From a virus (lineage: Duplodnaviria > Caudoviricetes): 35,396 nt of DNA. Made by a program: the position numbers and the translations under genes. This document shows, one piece after another, positions 16,211 through 24,925 of this stretch; the first letter of the stretch is position 1; the number at the start of each line of letters is the position of its first letter. The DNA lies in the IMG/VR virus record IMGVR_UViG_3300014168_000011, positions 1-35,396 of that record, one strand, 5' to 3'. Under the pieces are notes generated by a model, which saw only the letters and a list, made by a program, of their open reading frames with translations, was not told the origin of the DNA and did no database searches.

Positions 16211-18502
16211 ATGGCCGTATCCCGCTGGCACCAAGACGCTGAAGTCCGACAGCTTATCGAGCACCTCGATCAGCCGGACAAGTTTGAACAGCCGGGCCGT
16301 CTAACCCCTGCCGAGATCCGAGTCATCCTGAAAGAGCTTGACCGATGCCGCAAGGACTTCGTCTATGCCGCCCGCAACTACTTCTGGATCACCGATAAGA
16401 ACCTCCAGGACCAACTGTTCTCCCTGTGGCCGTCGCAGGAGTTGATCCTTGAGAAAGTCTTGGAATTGAGAAGTAAAGGAAAGCAACAGAAACTAATTAT
16501 AATCAAGAGCAGACAATTGGGGTGCAGCACGCTCATCGAAGCGCTGGTAGCGTGGCGCACGATGTTCTTCAGCAACGTCAACGCGCTCGTGGTCTCCTAT
16601 GACCGGAGCCACACCGCCGATGTGCTGTTCCCCATCATGACGTTCATTTACGACCGGATGCCGTGGTGGCTCAAACCGATGTGCGCGATGCGCAAGTCGG
16701 AGGAGGGCCTGCACTTCGACAACCCGAAGCCCGATCTCCGAGCAACAGAGCCGGGCCTGAACAGCCGAGTGTACGTCAAGGGAGCCAATAGCACCACGGC
16801 AGTCGGACAGGGCATCCGGCTTTCGGCGGTTCACGTGAGCGAATTTTCTGACTTCGAGGAACGCACCGCACGGGGGATTATTGATGAGGATATGGTCAAT
16901 GCTCTGGCCGAAGGGCCGGGCACGTTCGCTATTCTGGAGAGCACAGCAAAGGGCGCTAACACCTACAGCCATAGGCTATGGAAGCGCTGCGTGGAACTCG
17001 CCGAACGGGATCGGGCGGAGTGGGAGCCGCTGTTTCTACCGTGGTTTTTTGACCCGACCCATGTGCGCCCGGTAAGGGTGGACTTCCGGCTGGACAAGCG
17101 CGATCACGAGATCCGCGAGAAGACGATGTCGGACTGGGTGCGCTGCGACAATTCCGAGTGCCTCCAGTACCACACCCGCTACAAGTTGAAAGTGGATCGC
17201 GACGGCAGCATTTGCCCGACGTGCGAAACCGGCACGCTGCACTTCTACACCATCACGGATGCTCAACTGGCATGGATGCAGGACAAGCGGATCAACTATA
17301 GCCGTGACGAAGAGAGTGCCAAGAAACTGCTCCAAGAACAGGCCGGGACCGCCGAGGAGGCGTTCCAGGTAAGCGGCTATCAGATGTTCGGCCAAAAGGC
17401 TCAACAGTTTGCGAACATCAACGTGCGCCCGCCGTTGGCCGAAGGCGACTTTGATATGGCAGGGCGGTTCCATGGCGCGAACACGGCCAAAGGCCGCAAC
17501 GCTGAGGGGAAGTACCCATGCTTCCAGGAGGACTGCCATGTTGACCACGAGTGGGACGATGCGCCGCTGAAGATCTGGGAGATGCCAAAGCCGGAAGCCG
17601 AGTATTGCTGCGGGGCCGACGTGGCCGAAGGACTGGGTGGCAAGTGCGACTACAGCGTGGGTGTCGTCACGCGCATCAGCACAACGGGTAAGGGCGACTT
17701 CCAAGTAGCAACGTGGCGCTCTAACACTATCGACCCCATCGGGTTTGCGTACAAGCTGAACCACTTGGGACTGTATTACAACAGCGCACTCATGAGCGTG
17801 GAGTGCAACCGCTACGACATCTGCCTGGGCACGATGCGCTTCCAACTTGGCTATCCCAACTGCTATCGGTGGAAGCACCTCGATTCGATGAACATCATGA
17901 GCCAAAAGCTCGGATGGTACACGAACCTGTCCTCCCGCCCCCGGCTGTGGCAAACCTTCAAGCGGTGGCTCCAGCAGGAGTTGTACTTTGTCCGCTCCCA
18001 TAACCTTGCGGAGGAGATGAAGAACTTCGTCAAGGACGATGAGGACTCGTACCAAGCTGGGGCCGACAAGGACGAGCACGACGACGAGTGCATAGCCACG
18101 ATGATTTCTCTCTACTGCGCACATGAATCCGACTGGAACGACGCGCTCGGTATGATTAGCGTGAAGCAGGAACTCTCTAAGGATACGGCTCAGTACCATC
18201 TGCGCTGCACGAACTGCGGCAATCTGTGGTGGCAAAACGTCATCGAAGAGACGACGCTAGACCCTTCCGAATATAAGCCAACCCTCGACCTGAATAAACG
18301 GGTGGCTGAGAGCGGCGGGCTGCGTTGCCCCGGCTGCGGCAACCGGCGAATCGAGATCACGCGGAACCAGGGCGGCGCTGGATCGCTGGCCGAAACGGCG
18401 GACCCCGATGAGTTATACCGCGAAGCGGCGCAGGATTTCTGGTCCCCCGAGAAGGCATGGGATGCGGCGCAATTGAACTACGACTACGATTTGCCAACTT
18501 AG
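16211..18502 (+). CDS. terL: terminase large subunit with Cys-rich insertions
   Basis: Walker A KSRQLGCST, Walker B VHVSE, ESTAKG coupling motif, nuclease GADVAEG..DYS and HDD. Confidence 0.92.
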   Translation: MAVSRWHQDAEVRQLIEHLDQPDKFEQPGRLTPAEIRVILKELDRCRKDFVYAARNYFWITDKNLQDQLFSLWPSQELILEKVLELRSKGKQQKLIIIKSRQLGCSTLIEALVAWRTMFFSNVNALVVSYDRSHTADVLFPIMTFIYDRMPWWLKPMCAMRKSEEGLHFDNPKPDLRATEPGLNSRVYVKGANSTTAVGQGIRLSAVHVSEFSDFEERTARGIIDEDMVNALAEGPGTFAILESTAKGANTYSHRLWKRCVELAERDRAEWEPLFLPWFFDPTHVRPVRVDFRLDKRDHEIREKTMSDWVRCDNSECLQYHTRYKLKVDRDGSICPTCETGTLHFYTITDAQLAWMQDKRINYSRDEESAKKLLQEQAGTAEEAFQVSGYQMFGQKAQQFANINVRPPLAEGDFDMAGRFHGANTAKGRNAEGKYPCFQEDCHVDHEWDDAPLKIWEMPKPEAEYCCGADVAEGLGGKCDYSVGVVTRISTTGKGDFQVATWRSNTIDPIGFAYKLNHLGLYYNSALMSVECNRYDICLGTMRFQLGYPNCYRWKHLDSMNIMSQKLGWYTNLSSRPRLWQTFKRWLQQELYFVRSHNLAEEMKNFVKDDEDSYQAGADKDEHDDECIATMISLYCAHESDWNDALGMISVKQELSKDTAQYHLRCTNCGNLWWQNVIEETTLDPSEYKPTLDLNKRVAESGGLRCPGCGNRRIEITRNQGGAGSLAETADPDELYREAAQDFWSPEKAWDAAQLNYDYDLPT

Positions 18503-18625
18503 GATTGGCCCGATGGATGCACTGAAGTAATAGGAACGCCAGCCGCCAGGGTCTTCCCTGACTGTAATGATGGCGTAGTGCAAATCATGCACGATGGCAG
18601 GAGGCGAAGTGCAAATTTAGGTGTG

Positions 18626-18700
18626 TGGTTCGGCGTGCTTTGGTATGCCTAGGCTCGGTGGGGCAAGGCAGGGCACGGTTAGGCAAGCTAGGGTATGGTG
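18626..18700 (+). repeat. degenerate pentamer array (NGGYN) x15
   Basis: tggtt cggcg tgctt tggta tgcct aggct cggtg gggca aggca gggca cggtt aggca agcta gggta tggtg. Confidence 0.8.
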
Positions 18701-18728
18701 AAAGGGCCGGGACCGTCCCGGCCTTTTC
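18701..18728 (+). terminator. intrinsic terminator, possibly bidirectional
   Basis: AAAGGGCCGGGA..TCCCGGCCTTTT hairpin. Confidence 0.7.
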
Positions 18729-18730
18729 TG

Positions 18731-18759
18731 TTGCACATTAACACAGCCGGGAGTATTTT
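18731..18759 (+). promoter_or_regulatory. putative sigma70 promoter for a leaderless transcript
   Basis: TTGCAC-17 nt-TATTTT, ATG 18766 follows 6 nt later, no RBS. Confidence 0.5.
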
Positions 18760-18765
18760 AGAGTC

Positions 18766-19335
18766 ATGGCAGACCAACGAGTCAATATCCCCGTTACCGT
18801 CACATTGCGGCAAACGACACTAGACGCTTTTCAGGCTCAAGTCCAAGACGTCCCTCTTGCGGAATGGCTCAGCGTCCGCTGTCGGCAATGGCTTGAGGGC
18901 TATAAGGACGGCGGAATTTTTCTCACCCCCGATCAGGTTAAGAAGATCGAGGAACACAACGAGAAGCCCGTGGGGAACGGGGCCGACGTTGTGGCGGCTG
19001 TCGGTAAGGGTAACTCCATGGCGGCGGACGGAAGCCGCACCTTCCTGCTAAGTCTTGATCCGACGTGGGTTGAGCCGATCAAGAATCGGGCGCAGGAGAT
19101 GGGGATCACGGTCGAGCAACTCATCAACGATACGTGGTCGATGGCGCTGGACAACAATTGGGCGACGTACCTGGAAGCGAGCTATACGCCGCCCGTCTAT
19201 TTCCCGCACTACCGCGTGATCCAGACCCTCACGGGGAAGGACCGCCCAACGGGCGCAGAGATCGAGAAGGCCATCTCGGAGCTTGTGCAGGTGGCGAAGG
19301 CCGCGCAAAAGGCGACGGCGGAAACGGCGGCGTAG
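18766..19335 (+). CDS. hypothetical protein, possibly tandem RHH-like domains
   Basis: Two strand-helix-helix-like segments (VTVTLRQTTLDAF; FLLSLDPTWVEPIKNRAQEMGITVEQLI). Confidence 0.55.
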   Translation: MADQRVNIPVTVTLRQTTLDAFQAQVQDVPLAEWLSVRCRQWLEGYKDGGIFLTPDQVKKIEEHNEKPVGNGADVVAAVGKGNSMAADGSRTFLLSLDPTWVEPIKNRAQEMGITVEQLINDTWSMALDNNWATYLEASYTPPVYFPHYRVIQTLTGKDRPTGAEIEKAISELVQVAKAAQKATAETAA

Positions 19336-19336
19336 C

Positions 19337-19849
19337 GTGCCTATCTACGAAGTGGTCTGTCATTCCGAATCCTGCCCGGCGAAGGGCCGTGTTCGAGAAA
19401 CGCTCTTCAAGTCCTACACCGACATCATGCCGCCGTGCCCCGAGTGCGGCCACGCCACCGTGCGCGTCCCCTCGGTGGCCCACGCGATCTGGCTGGGCAC
19501 GCTGGATCGCTACAACGCGCCGGGATGCCAGACGCTCAATGGCGTGGAGGACGGCGGGCATATCGCCTACCGTACCCGCAGCAGTCGGATGGTGGACGGA
19601 AGCCCCGAGCCGGTGGTGATTCGGACCCGACAGGACCAGCGGGCGTACTGCAAGGCGGAGGGCCTGATGATGCCGGACGAGATGCCGCAGCACTGCGACT
19701 GGGCGGACAAGAGCGCCAGTTCACAGGGGTTGCCGGGGTCATGGGCGAGCGTGAACCCAGACTTCATTAAGTCAGAGGCGGCGAAGCCGCTGCCGCCTGA
19801 GACGGCGGCTCCTGCGTCGGTAACCGAGCCTTCTATAGAAGTACGATGA
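19337..19849 (+). CDS. FmdB-like zinc ribbon protein
   Basis: PIYEVVC..C..CPECG; position between terL and portal. Confidence 0.75.
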   Translation: MPIYEVVCHSESCPAKGRVRETLFKSYTDIMPPCPECGHATVRVPSVAHAIWLGTLDRYNAPGCQTLNGVEDGGHIAYRTRSSRMVDGSPEPVVIRTRQDQRAYCKAEGLMMPDEMPQHCDWADKSASSQGLPGSWASVNPDFIKSEAAKPLPPETAAPASVTEPSIEVR

Positions 19850-20514
19850 AGCCCTTAGCTATTGACCTATTTTGTGGACTTGGCGGCTGGACCGAAGGGC
19901 TGCTCGCAGAGGGGTACGATGTCGTCGGCTTTGATATTGAACGGCACGTCTATGGGGATCAGAAGTATCCAGCACAACTCGTTTTGCAGGATGTGCTCAC
20001 GCTTCATGGCTCCCAATTCCGTCATGCGGCGCTGATCGTGGCAAGCCCTCCCTGCGAAGGGTATTCATATCGGGCTATGCCGTTCAAGCGAGCACGATCA
20101 CTGCCTCCGCCGTCAAATGAATTATTTGATGCTTGTTTTAGGCTTCAGCGCGAAGCGTGCGAATCGGCAGGGCGCTACGTACCTATGGTCGTTGAGAACG
20201 TGCGCGGGGCAGAAAAATGGGTCGGGAGTGCCCGTTGGCATGTCGGCCCCTATTATTTGTGGGGGGATTGCCCTGCTCTATTCCCAGCGATGCGAGCGCG
20301 AAAAGGGACAGGGGGTGGATGGTTTGGAAAGTATGTGGAACGGGGAGATCCTTGCTCATATTTCAGTAGCAAGTCGCCTCATCGAAAGGTGATAGTAGCT
20401 GAGAGATCGAAAGTCCCTTTCGACATATCCCGCTACATCGCATCGGTTTACAAACCTGAAGCGACCGTCGCGGCATTGGTAACCGAACGATCCGTAGAAG
20501 TGCGATCCGAGTAG
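19846..20514 (+). CDS. DNA cytosine-5 methyltransferase (short form)
   Basis: Motif I DLFCGLGG, motif IV SPPC, motif VI ENV. Confidence 0.85.
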   Translation: MKPLAIDLFCGLGGWTEGLLAEGYDVVGFDIERHVYGDQKYPAQLVLQDVLTLHGSQFRHAALIVASPPCEGYSYRAMPFKRARSLPPPSNELFDACFRLQREACESAGRYVPMVVENVRGAEKWVGSARWHVGPYYLWGDCPALFPAMRARKGTGGGWFGKYVERGDPCSYFSSKSPHRKVIVAERSKVPFDISRYIASVYKPEATVAALVTERSVEVRSE

Positions 20515-20524
20515 GAGGCAAGCG

Positions 20525-20722
20525 ATGGGATATTACAGTGGGTCCAGCCAACCAAGCGGCTCAGCCATGGACGAGTGGAAACGCGGTGCGAGCCAACTCC
20601 TAGATAGTGCCGCAACCAAAGAGCAGCCGGAAACGGTCGAGAGCGAAAACGGCCAAGATCCAGGATCTGAAGCGCCTGCGGCGGCGACTGCTGTGGAGAG
20701 ATCGGTGGAAGTCCAGCCGTAG
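20525..20722 (+). CDS. small acidic hypothetical protein
   Basis: AGGAGG RBS; shares C-terminal motif with the two upstream genes. Confidence 0.55.
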   Translation: MGYYSGSSQPSGSAMDEWKRGASQLLDSAATKEQPETVESENGQDPGSEAPAAATAVERSVEVQP

Positions 20723-20756
20723 CAGACGATTCTCCATAAGAGAAGGACCGCATTGA

Positions 20757-20771
20757 GTCTTGACGTAGACT
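20757..20771 (+). promoter_or_regulatory. 15-bp motif GTCTTGACGTAGACT, copy 1
   Basis: Exact copies at 22746 and 28369, all intergenic. Confidence 0.65.
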
Positions 20772-20786
20772 TGTGCATTCAAACAC

Positions 20787-22682
20787 ATGGACTTTTTACA
20801 GCGCGGTCCCATTTGGGACACCAACTCTGACGGTGAAACTCCCCGCTACGCGGGAGGCAAAACCTCCGACGACCGCCGCAAGTACATCTCCTCCGTCCTG
20901 AAGTGGCGCGAGTCGGCCCGCGAGGAAGCCTTCCGCACGGCGGATCTGAACCCCGAGAAGGACGATGCCCTCAAGTACATGAACGCACTCGGCGGCAAGT
21001 GGTGGAACGACAAACGTGCCCGCTACAAGTCCAAGGCGTTCGACAACCGCCTGAACAACAGCCGCCAAGTAGATCTCTCTCTCCTCACGCAGATCCGGCC
21101 CACCATCGACATCTCCAGCCGCGTTGACGCCTACCAGGAGCAAGCCCAGATTGTGGGCAAGGTCATCCGCTCCGAGTGGCTGACCCGCGACATGGACATG
21201 GAGTTCATCCGGCTGAACGACATCGCCAAGCTGAATGGGACGGCCTTCTGGAAGATGGGCGCGGCTTACCCCGGCATGACGCAGACGCTCTCACTCGGGC
21301 CGGAGGCCGTGCTCCCGATCCAGCCCGGCTTCCACATCCAGCAGTCCACGGCAGTCCTGTACCGGACCTGGAAGTCGATCAACCAGATCCGCAAGCGGTT
21401 CCCGTTCACCAGCCAGGGCATAGAGAACGACGCCTCTTTTCTCGATCAGGGCTTCGGCAACCAGACTCGCTACGCTCGTCCGAACGACATCCCCGAGTAC
21501 ACATGGAATGGGTTAAGCCAGGGGATGCGGCGGCTGTACGGCGTGAAAACGTCGGCATCCGACATGGAAGGCCCGTCGATCTTCAGGTCGCTCGAACTTC
21601 AGGAATACTATGTCGATGACCCGTCGATCAACGAGTCGAACCAGCGCATCTTGATGCGCGATCCCTTCATGGGCCTGAAGTCGTACAACTGGTGGTACTG
21701 GGTGAATCCGGGCCAGCCGTTGTACCCGCGTAAGCGGCTGCTGGTGTTCTGCGGGCACCGGCTCTTGTACGATGGGCCATCGCCGTTCTGGCATGGCATG
21801 TATCCCTTTGCCTGCCTCCGCCTGAACCCAATCCCATTGAACTTCTGGGGCCTGAGCAAGTACCGCGATCTCCTGCCGCTCAATCAGGCGATGAACGAGA
21901 TTCTGGCGGGCATCCTGGACATGGTGAGACGCGCTCTGAACCCGACCGTCATCACCAAGGCGGGAGCCGTACCGCAGGCAACGTGGCGGGAGTTCTACCC
22001 CGATATGCCCGGTGGCAAGCTCTACATGCTGCCGAACAGCAACCCGAACTCGGACGTGAAGTACATTGACCCGCCTAACATCCCGTCCTGGGTTATGCAG
22101 GCGCACGGCTACCTCTCGTCGGAGTTTGATCGGCTGGCGGGCATCCTCGATCCATCTTCGGTCGGCAAGAAGAAGCAGGTGCCAGGCGGCGACACCATCG
22201 AGCAAATGCGCGAGATGATGAACACCGTCACGCAACTGGAGTCACGCTACGGCGAGTTGTTCCTGCGCGATGCTGGCGTGCTGGCGATGTCTAACATCTT
22301 CCAGTTCTTTGAGACGCCGATGCGCCTCAAGCTGTTGGGCAAAGACGGCATCAGTATGGAGGACTTCAACTACAACGGGCCTAACCTGATTCCCGATAAC
22401 GTGCCGCAGGAGGACCACTGGAAGTCCTTCGCGATGCTGATCTCGCCGGGCACCCTGCTTGGCTCGTCGCGAGACCGTGAGAAACAGACCGCCATCGGCA
22501 TGGCCGCTAAGGGGCTGTTGCCGTTACAGAAACTCTGGCAGGTGCTCGAAGCGGGCGATCCGAAGCAGTTGATGGAGATGATGAAACAGGAGCACGAGAT
22601 GGGCGTCAGCGTGAAAGGCGGCGGCAAAACCGCAGGCAGCGCCACCCGGCTGACGCGAGACCAGAGAACAGGCGGCGTCTAG
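20787..22682 (+). CDS. portal protein (P22/podovirus-like)
   Basis: 631 aa between terL and scaffold/capsid; GTAFWK, LLYDGPSPFWHGMYPF, FWGLS..LLPLNQAMN pattern. Confidence 0.85.
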   Translation: MDFLQRGPIWDTNSDGETPRYAGGKTSDDRRKYISSVLKWRESAREEAFRTADLNPEKDDALKYMNALGGKWWNDKRARYKSKAFDNRLNNSRQVDLSLLTQIRPTIDISSRVDAYQEQAQIVGKVIRSEWLTRDMDMEFIRLNDIAKLNGTAFWKMGAAYPGMTQTLSLGPEAVLPIQPGFHIQQSTAVLYRTWKSINQIRKRFPFTSQGIENDASFLDQGFGNQTRYARPNDIPEYTWNGLSQGMRRLYGVKTSASDMEGPSIFRSLELQEYYVDDPSINESNQRILMRDPFMGLKSYNWWYWVNPGQPLYPRKRLLVFCGHRLLYDGPSPFWHGMYPFACLRLNPIPLNFWGLSKYRDLLPLNQAMNEILAGILDMVRRALNPTVITKAGAVPQATWREFYPDMPGGKLYMLPNSNPNSDVKYIDPPNIPSWVMQAHGYLSSEFDRLAGILDPSSVGKKKQVPGGDTIEQMREMMNTVTQLESRYGELFLRDAGVLAMSNIFQFFETPMRLKLLGKDGISMEDFNYNGPNLIPDNVPQEDHWKSFAMLISPGTLLGSSRDREKQTAIGMAAKGLLPLQKLWQVLEAGDPKQLMEMMKQEHEMGVSVKGGGKTAGSATRLTRDQRTGGV

Positions 22683-22699
22683 GTATACTCCACCACCCC

Positions 22700-22745
22700 G
22701 CAGCGAAACGCCCGATTGGGTTTGTCCCCAGTCGGGCGTTTCTGC
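22700..22745 (+). terminator. hairpin, probable terminator after portal
   Basis: GAAACGCCCGATTGGG..CCCAGTCGGGCGTTTC. Confidence 0.6.
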
Positions 22746-22760
22746 GTCTTGACGTAGACT
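22746..22760 (+). promoter_or_regulatory. 15-bp motif GTCTTGACGTAGACT, copy 2
   Basis: Exact repeat directly after the hairpin. Confidence 0.65.
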
Positions 22761-22824
22761 CCCTGCCGATTCAATACGTTTGAATGATGTCCCGGCATCG
22801 GGGCAGGAAAGGAGCACCACCCGA

Positions 22825-22872
22825 ATGGGACGCAAGAAAGGTCGCGGCAAGGGCCGTCACGCCAAACGTTAA
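22825..22872 (+). CDS. 15-aa basic peptide MGRKKGRGKGRHAKR
   Basis: GGAAAGGAG RBS; similar peptide at 28260. Confidence 0.55.
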   Translation: MGRKKGRGKGRHAKR

Positions 22873-22983
22873 CTCAACACTCGCAGGCAAACTGCGATTG
22901 AGCTAACAGACATTGGGGCCGCGCTCGCCTGAGAGATCCCGAAGCAGGCGGCGTGGCCTCAAGCCACAAGGGTGAAACTCGTA

Positions 22984-23262
22984 ATGGACAAGCAACTTCA
23001 AGGCACAGCCGTTGATCTCAATCTCAACTCGCCGCTGAACGTCGAGCACGATGGTAGCACCGGGCGGATGGAGAAGGAACTCATGGGTTCTGAAGCCCCA
23101 ACGTCCAACACCCCCATCGGCCTCCAGGAGTTCGACAAGGGCACGCTGAACGGCGAGTTCCAACTCACAGGCGAGCAGGCTCCGCTCAGCTACAAACCGA
23201 TGCACGGGTGGCAGAGTGACCACGCTCCAAATTCCGAGAGGGCCATCCAGCAATCGAAATAG
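22984..23262 (+). CDS. hypothetical head-region protein
   Basis: ORF track 22972..23262; GC3-rich codons. Confidence 0.55.
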   Translation: MDKQLQGTAVDLNLNSPLNVEHDGSTGRMEKELMGSEAPTSNTPIGLQEFDKGTLNGEFQLTGEQAPLSYKPMHGWQSDHAPNSERAIQQSK

Positions 23263-23272
23263 CGAGTAACCC

Positions 23273-23644
23273 ATGACGACCGCAACCCCTCCTCTTCCTC
23301 CCGACGTAACCAATCAGCAGGCACCCGCAGCACAGCAGTACGCCCAACAGGCGGCTCAACAGCAGGGTGCTGGCGCTCCGCAGCAGGGGCCGCAAGCCTC
23401 CATGCAATTCGTCTTGGGGGAACTGAAGAAGATCGCGGACTCCATGGGGAAGGTCGCTCAAGTTTTAGCGGTGGAGAAGCCCGTACTCATGCCCATAGTT
23501 ACCCGCGCTGCGGGCATGTTGAAGATGATCGAAAAGCAGGCGCAAGAAAGTTCACAAGGTCAAGGCGCACCGTTAGGTCCAGGGTCGGAGCCGCCGCAGG
23601 CAGCGATGTCTGCGCCGGAAGGCCAGGAATCTCTCGGACTATAG
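23273..23644 (+). CDS. Gln/Pro/Ala-rich head-region protein
   Basis: Between portal and scaffold. Confidence 0.6.
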   Translation: MTTATPPLPPDVTNQQAPAAQQYAQQAAQQQGAGAPQQGPQASMQFVLGELKKIADSMGKVAQVLAVEKPVLMPIVTRAAGMLKMIEKQAQESSQGQGAPLGPGSEPPQAAMSAPEGQESLGL

Positions 23645-23665
23645 CGCCGCCGACTGGAGGCGAAC

Positions 23666-24595
23666 ATGGCAAAACCTACGGGCAGTGCGTTCGATGCGCT
23701 GCTTGAAACATTCGGAACAGACGAAGACCGTGCGGCGTTCCAATCCTTGGCGGAGAAGAACCCGAAGGTCAAAGAATTCGGTCTACGTCAAGACGACTAC
23801 TCCAGAAGGCTCGATCAGAATCGGGCAGAGTTGGATGAACTCCAGCAGTGGCGCACGTGGAAGGACAACAATTGGGACTCCGACCACAAGATGACCAAGG
23901 CGGAGCGGGCGAAGCAGGAACGGCTCGAAGCTCTGGAAACAGAGAAGGCCGAACTGGAAACCAAAATGGCAGCGATGGAAGTTGGAGGGTCGGACATGAC
24001 GTTTGAAGACGTGGAACGGATCGCCACTGAGGCGATGAAGAAGAACGGGGTTGACCCGAACAAGTTCGTGAGCACAAACACGCTGGACGAGAGAGTGAAG
24101 GAAGCCGAGACGTACATCAAGAATTTGAACGCCTACACGGCGGACGCCGCGATTCTGGTCCCCTATCTCAATGCCCAGCACCAGAAGGAATTCGGGGACA
24201 TGTTCAACCCGAAGGACTTTCTGAAGGCCGCAACCGAAGCGAAGACGACAGACCTTGAAGCGTTCTACCAGACGTTCACGGCGGACACCCGCATGAAGCG
24301 GATGCAGGCCGACGCGGACGCTAAGGTCAAGGCCGCGCAGGACGAGCGGGATGCCGCCGTCACGGCGGCAAACAAACGGAGCGAAGAAGCTCTAAACCGG
24401 ATTCAGGGAATGGGGCCACAGGGCCAGAACCCGGCTGACACCGAAGGGCCTCAGATGGGGCCGCTGCAACGGAAGATGCTTGGGCTTGACGTGCCCAAGG
24501 AAGGCGAAAGCAAGGCTCCCGAAGTGCCATTGGGCGAAGGCGCACTTGCTCAATTCGCCGCCCGAGAATTGATCAATCGACAGGCTGGCCGTTGA
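23666..24595 (+). CDS. putative capsid scaffolding protein
   Basis: GGAGG RBS; QDDYSR motif, charged coiled coil, directly upstream of capsid gene. Confidence 0.7.
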   Translation: MAKPTGSAFDALLETFGTDEDRAAFQSLAEKNPKVKEFGLRQDDYSRRLDQNRAELDELQQWRTWKDNNWDSDHKMTKAERAKQERLEALETEKAELETKMAAMEVGGSDMTFEDVERIATEAMKKNGVDPNKFVSTNTLDERVKEAETYIKNLNAYTADAAILVPYLNAQHQKEFGDMFNPKDFLKAATEAKTTDLEAFYQTFTADTRMKRMQADADAKVKAAQDERDAAVTAANKRSEEALNRIQGMGPQGQNPADTEGPQMGPLQRKMLGLDVPKEGESKAPEVPLGEGALAQFAARELINRQAGR

Positions 24596-24648
24596 ATCTA
24601 GTCTAGGTGAGGCGGTCGTCAGCCGATTAGAAAAAGCGAAGGAAAGGT

Positions 24649-24925
24649 ATGGCTCTTTCATACACTGATTTGACCGCCTTTACCGAGCAATACGTGGTTG
24701 AGCGCACGACTGATGTGATCTTCAAGCAGTCGCCGCTTTTCACGAGACTGCTCAATCGGCGTCGGATGAAGTTCCAGGGCGGAACTTTCATCCAAAGACC
24801 AATAATTTACAGTGAACTCAACGGCGATTGGTTCTCGAAGGGCGATATCTTCAACATCGCATACGTCACCACCGACACTGCGTTCACCGTCAACATGAAA
24901 ATGTCGTACGTCAATGTCACGCTGT
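24649..24925 (+). CDS. major capsid protein, exon 1
   Basis: RBS; MALSYTDLTAFT..TDVIFKQSPLFTRL..GGTFIQRPIIY; capsid-like sequence ends at VNVTL. Confidence 0.8.

Noticed and set aside
17036-18235. Long minus-strand ORFs (also 25473-26504, 21513-22235, 5484-6236)
   Set aside because: Antisense shadows of GC3-rich plus-strand genes with no recognisable motifs
18626-18700. CRISPR array
   Set aside because: 5-bp period, no repeat-spacer structure, no cas genes
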